NCBI GenBank assembly: GCA_050287845.1
Contig: JBNKCR010000026.1
Span: 18,353-82,352, forward strand
From: Polyangia bacterium
GTDB taxonomy: Bacteria; Myxococcota_A; Polyangia; JAAYKL01
DNA: 64,000 nt
Reading direction: 5' to 3'
The number at the start of each line of letters is the position of its first letter. Position 1 is the stretch's first letter. Below are positions 9,801 to 17,918 of the stretch, piece by piece. The notes below the pieces were generated by a model that did not search any database, was not told the DNA's origin, and saw only the letters and a list, made by a program, of their open reading frames with translations. The translations under genes and the position numbers were made by a program.

Positions 9801-10176
9801 TTCCCAATAAAGACAAACCAGACAATCAGACCGGCAATTGTAAACAGAAACTGCAAATGGAATCACAATATACGAATCGTAATACCGACTTTATGTTCTA
9901 TCGTTAATTTACTTGAACATATTCGAAGAAGTCGCATATCAATTGTCAGATCTGGAACCACAAACTCATTTCTGGCGAGTGGTCTGTTCGGTGAAATCGC
10001 CCTTTCCTGCCGCCATTTTAAAATCGTATTCAATATCAACAGATATGAAGAAAAAACGCTGTTAATTTTTAAAACCCGGTGCCGTGAATACTGATATACG
10101 TTTTCTGCCCCGTGCGGCCCGTTGCACTGGACGGCTGGCGTTTACAATTTGTATCGAACCGGCCAGAGGAGTTGAT

Positions 10177-10461
10177 ATGCAAACAGTGGAGATCAATGAA
10201 TCTTTAATCATCACGAATGTTGCCAGTTCCAAAACCAAATTTTTAGAGGTGTTGGCGCAGTATGATGGGCCGCTCGAATTTGATTTGGAAAACGTGAATG
10301 ATTGCGACACAAGTGGCGTTCAATTGTTACTGGCTGTTTGCAAGTTTGCAGTGGAGGAGAACAGAAAAATTTCTTTTTGCAATTTTTCAGAATCCATTCA
10401 TCGGGCATTTGCGAATACAGGAATCGAAAATCTGAACGACTTCCTCACACCAGAGCAATGA
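10177..10461 (+). CDS. STAS-domain protein (chemotaxis-associated)
   Basis: AGAGGA RBS then ATG at 10177; DLENVNDCDTSGVQLL STAS motif; lies directly upstream of cheY. Confidence 0.85.
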   Translation: MQTVEINESLIITNVASSKTKFLEVLAQYDGPLEFDLENVNDCDTSGVQLLLAVCKFAVEENRKISFCNFSESIHRAFANTGIENLNDFLTPEQ

Positions 10462-10469
10462 GGTGATAA

Positions 10470-10835
10470 ATGGCAAAAACGATTATGACAGCCGACGACT
10501 CAGCGAGTATGCGCCAGATGATTTCATTCACTCTGAAGCAGGCGGGATATGACGTGCTGGAAGCCGAGGATGGAAAGGATGCACTGTTGAAAGCCGAACA
10601 GAGCAGCATCGACATGCTGATTACAGATCTGAACATGCCCAACATGAACGGTATGGAGCTGATTGAAGAGATTCGTAAAATGGAAAAGTACAGGTTCATT
10701 CCCATCATCATGCTCACGACGGAGTCAGATGCCGAAAAGAAGAAACAGGGAAAGGCAGCCGGCGCAACCGGATGGCTTGTAAAACCGTTCCAACCTCCGC
10801 AACTCACTTCCGTGGTGAAAAAGGTATTGCGATAA
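10470..10835 (+). CDS. cheY: Chemotaxis response regulator CheY
   Basis: Single receiver domain: ADDS, ITDLNMPNMNG, MLTTES, WLVKPF. Confidence 0.93.
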   Translation: MAKTIMTADDSASMRQMISFTLKQAGYDVLEAEDGKDALLKAEQSSIDMLITDLNMPNMNGMELIEEIRKMEKYRFIPIIMLTTESDAEKKKQGKAAGATGWLVKPFQPPQLTSVVKKVLR

Positions 10836-10853
10836 AGGACGAAAGGTTACTGA

Positions 10854-12953
10854 ATGAGTACACCTCAAAATTTTAAAGAGACGTTTATCGCCGAAGCTGA
10901 AGATCTGCTGGTTGAAATTGAGGAATGTGTTCTGGACATCGAGAACGATCCGGACGACATGGACGCGGTTAACAGACTTTTTCGGGCAATGCATACGATA
11001 AAAGGCTCCGGCGCCATGTTCGGTTTCGATGACATCTCGTCATTTACGCACCACGTAGAAACCGTGCTGGACTATGTTCGCGAAGGAAAACTCCGGGTCT
11101 CCACAAAACTCATCGACATGGTTCTGAACGCCAGAGACCACATCAAATCCATGCTGGACCATGCGCATGGTGGTCCGAAGGTCAGCATCAAACGCACCGA
11201 GGAGTTGGTTGCGGTCATCGAAAGTCTGGTACCGAACAAGTTAAAAAGCAGACTTCCGGCGGAAACAGTCCCGCTGAGCATGATGCCCGTGTCACCCACA
11301 TTGATGGAAAAAGCCTACCGGATTTCAATTAAGCCCCATCAGGACATTTTCAATTACGGTATGGACCCGATGTTGCTTGTCGAAGAGCTGAGCGAAATGG
11401 GTGAATGCACGGTCTCTCTGTACACTGAAAACGTCCCTTCTCTGAAAAACATCGACCCCCTTTCCTGCTATCTGAAATGGGATCTGGTCCTGTTTTCCAA
11501 TTTCGACGAAAACGCTATTCGGGATGTTTTTATTTTCGTAGAAGACGAATGTGACACCAAAGTTGATGACATTACCGACGAAGCGGAAGATATTCCCCGA
11601 GTGGGAGAAATTCTGGTATCCAAAGGCGATACCACCAAAGACACAATCAAAGACGCATTAAGCAGACAGCCGAGAATTGGAGACTTGCTGGTCACCGGCG
11701 GCGGTGTCACGAAAGACAAACTGAAATCCGCATTGGCCGAACAGAAATCTCTTGAAAAGAAACGTCAAACCACTCAGAAAGAATCCGTCCGGGTGACTTC
11801 AGACAAACTCGATGCATTGGTGAATCTGGTTGGTGAGCTTGTCATCGTTGAGGCACAGCTGGCGAGCATGACCGCTGCGCTGCAGGATCAGCGTCTGCAA
11901 ACAACCGTCGAGGAAATCGAAAGATTAATCGGTGAGCTGCGCGATGTTGCGCTGAGTGTTCGCATGATGCCCATCGGTTCGACCTTTGCCAAGTTCCGAA
12001 GATTGGTCCGAGACTTGTCAAATGATTTGGGAAAAGAAATCAGAATGGAAACTTTTGGTGCGGAAACGGAACTCGACAAGACTGTTCTGGACAAATTGGG
12101 GGACCCCCTCGTGCATCTCATCCGCAACTGCATAGACCACGGCATCGAGATGCCGGAAGTTCGCGAAGAGGCAGATAAACCACGCACCGGCACCATCCGT
12201 CTCAATGCACAACACAGAGGCGCCAATGTTGTTATTTCTATAAAAGATGATGGCAAAGGGTTGGATCCGGAAGTCATTTTCAACAAAGCAGTCGAGAAGA
12301 ATCTTGTCAGCCCTGACGCGAAGATGACAGAAAAGGAAATTTTCAATCTGATCATGGCGCCGGGATTCTCCACAGCACAGACTGTCTCCAGCATATCTGG
12401 CAGAGGCGTTGGGATGGACGTGGTGAAAAAGATGATCGAAGCGCTGCGAGGCACCGTGGATATTCAGAGTACGCTCGGGCAGGGAACTGTCATAGAGCTC
12501 TCGTTGCCGTTAACGCTCGCTATCATTGATGGACTGCTGGTTGAGGTGAACCGCGAAAAATTCGTCATACCGGTTCAGAGTGTGGAGGAATGTCTGGAAA
12601 TGACCGGGGAAGTGAAGGCCCACGGCAGTTCCAGGAACATGCTTCGAATCCGCGGCAATCTGGTGCCGTTTGTACGGCTCCGAGAGGTATTCGGTATACC
12701 GCCTGAAGAGGATGCCAGAGAAGAGGCCGTGGTTGTCGAAATGGAGGACGCACGGGTTGGGCTGGTTGTTGACAAAGTGATAGGTGACCACCAGACCGTT
12801 ATTAAATCGCTGGGGCAGATGTACAAACATGTCCAGGGAATTTCCGGGGCAACCATTATGGGCGATGGCAACGTCGCACTCATTATCGATGTGCCGAGTC
12901 TGACCAGAATTGCAAATGCAGATGAACATGTTTCATGGGCATCTCCCAGTTAA
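10854..12953 (+). CDS. cheA: Chemotaxis histidine kinase CheA
   Basis: Hpt FRAMHTIKG, P2, dimerisation LVNLVGELVI, HATPase HLIRNCIDHG / DDGKG / GFST / GRGVGMDVV, and a C-terminal CheW domain. Confidence 0.97.
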   Translation: MSTPQNFKETFIAEAEDLLVEIEECVLDIENDPDDMDAVNRLFRAMHTIKGSGAMFGFDDISSFTHHVETVLDYVREGKLRVSTKLIDMVLNARDHIKSMLDHAHGGPKVSIKRTEELVAVIESLVPNKLKSRLPAETVPLSMMPVSPTLMEKAYRISIKPHQDIFNYGMDPMLLVEELSEMGECTVSLYTENVPSLKNIDPLSCYLKWDLVLFSNFDENAIRDVFIFVEDECDTKVDDITDEAEDIPRVGEILVSKGDTTKDTIKDALSRQPRIGDLLVTGGGVTKDKLKSALAEQKSLEKKRQTTQKESVRVTSDKLDALVNLVGELVIVEAQLASMTAALQDQRLQTTVEEIERLIGELRDVALSVRMMPIGSTFAKFRRLVRDLSNDLGKEIRMETFGAETELDKTVLDKLGDPLVHLIRNCIDHGIEMPEVREEADKPRTGTIRLNAQHRGANVVISIKDDGKGLDPEVIFNKAVEKNLVSPDAKMTEKEIFNLIMAPGFSTAQTVSSISGRGVGMDVVKKMIEALRGTVDIQSTLGQGTVIELSLPLTLAIIDGLLVEVNREKFVIPVQSVEECLEMTGEVKAHGSSRNMLRIRGNLVPFVRLREVFGIPPEEDAREEAVVVEMEDARVGLVVDKVIGDHQTVIKSLGQMYKHVQGISGATIMGDGNVALIIDVPSLTRIANADEHVSWASPS

Positions 12954-13031
12954 TCAGATTTCGAATAGACAGGGAAAACAACTGAATAATAACATGCAAA
13001 CGCACAGTTATCCGATACAGAGGACCAACAG

Positions 13032-13577
13032 ATGGGCGACGTCGAAAGTAGCAACAATCAGTATCTGACCTTTCAACTGGGTGATGATTCCCTTGCATTG
13101 GACATCACCCGTGTTCGAGAAGTACTTGACTTAATCAACATCACCAAAATACCACGAACACCGGTATTCATGCTGGGGGTCATTAATCTGCGTGGGAATG
13201 TGGTGCCGGTCATCGATTTGAATCACTCGCTGAATATGCCGCCATCGCAGAGAACGGTCGACACCTGCATCATCATTACCGAGTGCCGGCTGGGAACGGA
13301 ACAATTACTGGTGGGGGTGCTTGCAGATGTCGTGCAGGAAGTTGTAAACATTTCGTCATCAGAACTCAGCCCACCTCCCCGGATGGGGGTCCGATTCAAC
13401 CCGGAATTCATCCGGAATCTGGGACGAAGGGGTGAGGATTTTATCACTATTCTGAACATGGACCGGATACTGGCGGAAAATGAAGTGATGGAGATTGGCG
13501 CGATGGCGTCGTTGGTTCCCCAGGGCACTGCCAATCTCAATTCATCAGATGAGAGTATTCAGGCGTCGCAGACATGA
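13032..13577 (+). CDS. cheW: Chemotaxis coupling protein CheW
   Basis: QYLTF...VREVL...IPRTP.FMLGVINLRGNVVPVIDL. Confidence 0.95.
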   Translation: MGDVESSNNQYLTFQLGDDSLALDITRVREVLDLINITKIPRTPVFMLGVINLRGNVVPVIDLNHSLNMPPSQRTVDTCIIITECRLGTEQLLVGVLADVVQEVVNISSSELSPPPRMGVRFNPEFIRNLGRRGEDFITILNMDRILAENEVMEIGAMASLVPQGTANLNSSDESIQASQT

Positions 13578-13684
13578 CGCTTGCCACATTGGTCCCTTCT
13601 GAACGGAATGAGCTTGTTCATGGATGAAAACCACAACGATATAAAATCACTGAAAAGTTTCTGACAACCCGCAGGAGAAAAATA

Positions 13685-14227
13685 ATGGGTGATATAGTTA
13701 CACAGACGAATCAGTTCCTCGCTTTTCGATTGGGGAGTAATCACTTTGCCATAGATATTTCTCAGGTGCGAGAAGTGTTGGATTTCCAGAAAGTCACTCA
13801 GGTTCCCAAAACACCCGATTTTCTGTTGGGAGTAATTAACCTGCGTGGCAATGTCATTTCGGTAGTTGATTTGCGCCTGAACCTGGGGATGTCGGGAACG
13901 GAGCAGACAGTCAATACATGTATCCTGATAATGGAATTGCAAATCGGCGGAGACACACTGCAAATTGGAGCCCTTGCCGACGCAGTGGAAGAAGTGATTG
14001 AAATTTCTCCCGAACAGTTAGGTCCGCCACCTCGGGCAGGCATTGAACTCAACACCAAATTCATTAAAGGAATGGCAAAACGGGGTGACGAATTGCTGAT
14101 TATTATCGATATTGACAACGTGCTTACAACCGAAGAAATCGACATTGTAGAAACCGCTACATCTATCATCCCAGGGGATGCAGGTGTAGCCAACCAACCG
14201 AAATCAGCCACTGAGGGCAGTATCTGA
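13685..14227 (+). CDS. cheW: Chemotaxis coupling protein CheW (second paralog)
   Basis: QFLAF...VREVL...VPKTP.FLLGVINLRGNVISVVDL. Confidence 0.95.
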   Translation: MGDIVTQTNQFLAFRLGSNHFAIDISQVREVLDFQKVTQVPKTPDFLLGVINLRGNVISVVDLRLNLGMSGTEQTVNTCILIMELQIGGDTLQIGALADAVEEVIEISPEQLGPPPRAGIELNTKFIKGMAKRGDELLIIIDIDNVLTTEEIDIVETATSIIPGDAGVANQPKSATEGSI

Positions 14228-14238
14228 ACGACACGGAT

Positions 14239-16008
14239 ATGATGAACAACACGACATCACAAGCGGATTCGAAGACAGATTCGAGCACAGCAACCGAAGA
14301 TGCATTGGTGGACATTCAGCACATTATCCAGGAGTTGCAATCTTCAAACCAGGATGCGGAACGCAATTTTCTCAAGTTGGGCGAAGGGTTGCAGCATCTG
14401 TTCCATGAATCGACGGAGATGACATCATCCGCCCAGATGGCGGTAAATACGATTTCCAGGGAGCACAACATCTCAGAAATCATACAGCAGATTTCCGACA
14501 GGATTCTCACGCGCTTCAACGACGTGAAACTCAACAATCTTCAGATACTGACCCATGCGACCGGGGCATCGGCACTGATACGGGAGCTTGCCGGTAAAAC
14601 GCCTGAAATACGCAAGATCGACAAGGAACTGTGGATTCTTGGCAGCAACATGGCGATTCAGGCATCGTGGAATTCGCACACCAGAAAAATGTTTGGTGAC
14701 TATTCGGAGGAGCTGAAGCAGTTCTCCAAAAGCATAAAAAAAGTTTTTCTTCAATTCCAGGTCGATCTGAGAGGTATGAATGACAGTATCCAGGAATTAC
14801 ACTCGTCAATTCGAACCGAAACACAACGATTGGATGAATTGATCAATCAATCCAGGCAAAACATACAGAACGCCACACAGCAACTTGAACAACTGCTCAG
14901 AGACTCGGCAGAAAAGATCGGATGCATTGAAGGTTTGTCGAGAAAAATGACCCAACGCGTTGCAGATATTGTCACATCGATTCAGTTCAATGACATTACC
15001 AGACAACAGATGGAGCACGTCATCGAAGCATTGGCTGACACATCTTCCGGGCGGAACACGTTTGAAATCTATCGTTCCATGAGAATTCAGAGTGCGCAAC
15101 TGGACCAGGTTGTCGAAACACTCGCAGGTGCTACCGGAACGATTGAACAGTCTTTTTCAGACATTATCCAAAGCGGTGCGGACATCGCCTCCCAATACAG
15201 ACAGCCTTCCGGTGCCACCCATTCGGACTCCCCATTTGCACGGATTAAAACCGCGCTCCATGAACAGGAGGGTCTGCTGGATTTTTCTTCCACACTGCGC
15301 GACCGCACCATTCACTCCATGCAGATTGCTTCCGTTGCCGCAGATCGGTTGGCATCCCATCTGGACGAAATTGGAGAAATCACAGGCGAACTGAATCTCC
15401 AGGCAATCAACGCCCTGGTGATGTCGCGAAATATCGGACAGGGTGGTGCAAGTCTGGTTGCTCTTTCCAAGGAGGTTCACACCCTGTCGAAAGCGTCAAC
15501 GCACACAGTGGAGCAGGTCGTGAACATCCTGACCGAGATTGGTACACAGACCTCTCAACTGAGTTCACTCGCAAGCGAAAATACCGAGTGGGACAACAGT
15601 CAGCAGTTGAAAGACGGATTTGATCAGATTGATCACATCGGTGAGCAGTATTTTTCCGCCATTGACAATACGGCAACGCTCTCAAATCAACTGCAAATCC
15701 ACGCCCGCATCACCAATGAAAAGTCCGGCTTTATCGGGAAGCTGAGTGAACGGATTCAGACGAGCAACACGCATCTCAATGATGCGGCAGAAAAACTGGC
15801 TGCACATGCCGTTCAGGACAACGTCGGTCAGGTGAATATGAAAGAAAGATACACAATGGAAAGTGAGCGGCTGATCCATGATCGCATACAGCAGGAACTC
15901 AACGGTCAATCGGCATCTGGCCTTCAAACCAGTTCCACCGGCACGTCCCGGGCACTAACCGGAGAAGCGGATGAGGACAGCGAATTCGGCGATTTCGAAC
16001 TCTTTTAG
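14239..16008 (+). CDS. Soluble chemoreceptor-like coiled-coil protein with two degenerate MCP signalling hairpins
   Basis: No TM segment; two LNAxxxA...EV/EL-like hairpin tips; QFNDITRQQMEHV, RYTMESER and a C-terminal DFELF pentapeptide. Confidence 0.7.
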   Translation: MMNNTTSQADSKTDSSTATEDALVDIQHIIQELQSSNQDAERNFLKLGEGLQHLFHESTEMTSSAQMAVNTISREHNISEIIQQISDRILTRFNDVKLNNLQILTHATGASALIRELAGKTPEIRKIDKELWILGSNMAIQASWNSHTRKMFGDYSEELKQFSKSIKKVFLQFQVDLRGMNDSIQELHSSIRTETQRLDELINQSRQNIQNATQQLEQLLRDSAEKIGCIEGLSRKMTQRVADIVTSIQFNDITRQQMEHVIEALADTSSGRNTFEIYRSMRIQSAQLDQVVETLAGATGTIEQSFSDIIQSGADIASQYRQPSGATHSDSPFARIKTALHEQEGLLDFSSTLRDRTIHSMQIASVAADRLASHLDEIGEITGELNLQAINALVMSRNIGQGGASLVALSKEVHTLSKASTHTVEQVVNILTEIGTQTSQLSSLASENTEWDNSQQLKDGFDQIDHIGEQYFSAIDNTATLSNQLQIHARITNEKSGFIGKLSERIQTSNTHLNDAAEKLAAHAVQDNVGQVNMKERYTMESERLIHDRIQQELNGQSASGLQTSSTGTSRALTGEADEDSEFGDFELF

Positions 16009-16025
16009 CCCCAATCCGCAATGTG

Positions 16026-16448
16026 TCAGATCACCTGAGACTGTATCTCGCGATATCCGAGAGCAACCAATACACAGGCGCCATCGGCAATCAGATTAGC
16101 GCCGGCATTCCGGGCCATGGCCACCGCTTCCGGGTTCTCCGCCCCGGGCTGCATCCAGATATGTCGGATATTCTTTTCGAGCGCAGCAGCGACCACCTGT
16201 AACGTCACCGCCGGCGGTGTCACAATGGAAATAGCCTCGACATCATCGGGCAACTGAGACACCGAAGCCACTGCCGCCAAACCTTCAACCCGATCCTCTT
16301 TCGGATTGATGGGGATTACCGCCCGGGCGTTTTGCAAAAAGGCACGCACCACCTTATTTCCGTATTTATTCCTGTTGGTCGATGCACCTGCCACAGCAAC
16401 CTTCTGACATTTTAAAAATTGATCAATATCACTCATTACTAACCTCAT
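16026..16448 (-). CDS. CoA-binding protein (YccU-like)
   Basis: VAVAGAS.N..KYG, PINP, IWMQPGAE, C.LV motifs. Confidence 0.92.
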   Translation of the reverse strand: MRLVMSDIDQFLKCQKVAVAGASTNRNKYGNKVVRAFLQNARAVIPINPKEDRVEGLAAVASVSQLPDDVEAISIVTPPAVTLQVVAAALEKNIRHIWMQPGAENPEAVAMARNAGANLIADGACVLVALGYREIQSQVI

Positions 16449-16508
16449 TCATTATCAACCTGTTCATGGCCATCCATCCCGACAGCCCATCTGTATATCG
16501 TAAACATT

Positions 16509-17789
16509 CTATTTTTCCTCTGCAGCGCTCATATCTGATTTACAAATCTCCCTGAGAATTTCCGTCGCATAGGCGCCAGAAGGCAAAGTGAACTCGAACA
16601 GCAGAAACTCACCGCGATCATCCCCGCCGGATGTTACCGAAGTTTCCGATGGAAATATTCTGAGCGGTCTTCTTCCCCCTACGGACTTGAACGGTCCCCT
16701 CCGGGAAAACTGTTCGAGCGTGACGCCTTCATCTGCCAGCAAATGCCTTTCCCTGTCTCCGGGAACACCATCCGGCCATTTCATTTTCGCCCCGAACAGC
16801 GGGCCCGTCGGGGAAATTTCACCGGATTGAGCCCGTTGCGTGTCCAGAACGGCGTCTGTCACCTGGAAACACACCCCCTTGTCATGTTTCCACGCAATAT
16901 CCCCCTCGAGCATTTGCGTCACTGTGCCATCCTGAATCCGGGCAGCAAGCACCTGATTGAAAAGAATGGACTGATAGGCAGACACATAAAATGTCAGCAT
17001 TTTCTTTCCAACGGCCATCAATGTGTTTTTATAGTGGCCACCGGTCTTCTCAAACAGCCTGCACAGTCGTGCGTTTTCGCCGAACCCCCTCGGCCATGCG
17101 TCTGCGGCTTCCAAATATTTCTCTTCCATAAACAACTGTCTGGCACGGGTCACAGCCTCTCCCTCCAACGCCGGTTCCGGGAGTCCGAGAACAAGCTCAA
17201 GCGCCTGTCGATGCTCGCCCCGAATGAGTGATCTGCCCACCAGCCCGGTATCCCCGCGGGAGCCGAAACGCTGCATGCCGAAATAATTCGGAGCACCGTT
17301 CTTTTCCAGATACGCCAACAATTGCGCGGCATCCGCAATGCGGTCAACCTGAGTATTTCGTAACCGAATCTGAAACCTGTTGCCCCGCAGATGCCCCATT
17401 TTCAATTTATTTCCGTGCCGTGAGACGCTTTTCACAGCAATCCCCGGAATGCTCAGCGCCTCAATTTTTTCTGGCGGAACATGCTCAGCACTCAACATCT
17501 GCCGGGTGACCGCTCTGGCATCTTTCTGTCCTGCCATCCCCACATCGCGGGGCGAAATACCAAGAACCTGTGCAATTTTAAATACCGCGCTTCCCGTGGT
17601 CATGTTGCTTTTTTCTATTTCAAAGTAAACATGGTCGCCTGTACCGCATGGCACATACATCGGAATTTCGAATACCTTAAAATCATCCGTGTACAATTTC
17701 ACATCACCATGCAGGCATGCTGACGCAGTGGAAAGAAACGGACTCTGCCGTAATGTTTCCAGGTTTTTTTTCAAATCAATTTTTTCCAT
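16509..17789 (-). CDS. truD: tRNA pseudouridine(13) synthase TruD
   Basis: DFKVFE, AGQKDARAVTRQ, GNRF, PNYFGMQRFG, SAYQSILFN and FTLPSGAYAT motifs. The start is placed at the ATG at 17789. Confidence 0.95.
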   Translation of the reverse strand: MEKIDLKKNLETLRQSPFLSTASACLHGDVKLYTDDFKVFEIPMYVPCGTGDHVYFEIEKSNMTTGSAVFKIAQVLGISPRDVGMAGQKDARAVTRQMLSAEHVPPEKIEALSIPGIAVKSVSRHGNKLKMGHLRGNRFQIRLRNTQVDRIADAAQLLAYLEKNGAPNYFGMQRFGSRGDTGLVGRSLIRGEHRQALELVLGLPEPALEGEAVTRARQLFMEEKYLEAADAWPRGFGENARLCRLFEKTGGHYKNTLMAVGKKMLTFYVSAYQSILFNQVLAARIQDGTVTQMLEGDIAWKHDKGVCFQVTDAVLDTQRAQSGEISPTGPLFGAKMKWPDGVPGDRERHLLADEGVTLEQFSRRGPFKSVGGRRPLRIFPSETSVTSGGDDRGEFLLFEFTLPSGAYATEILREICKSDMSAAEEK

Positions 17790-17918
17790 CGCTTCTTCCT
17801 GTGATTTTTTTCTCTGCGGCACCATAATTTTTTATTTCGAAACCCTCAAGCACATCTTCCATTTCCCCCTGTCATCGGGTAAGAAAGAGTACTTCATTCA
17901 GGACCCTGAAAAAAAAAG

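Noticed and set aside
10070..10098. Possible sigma-28 promoter upstream of the che operon
   Set aside because: The -10 element (ACTGATAT) and spacing match TAAA-N15-GCCGATAA only weakly.
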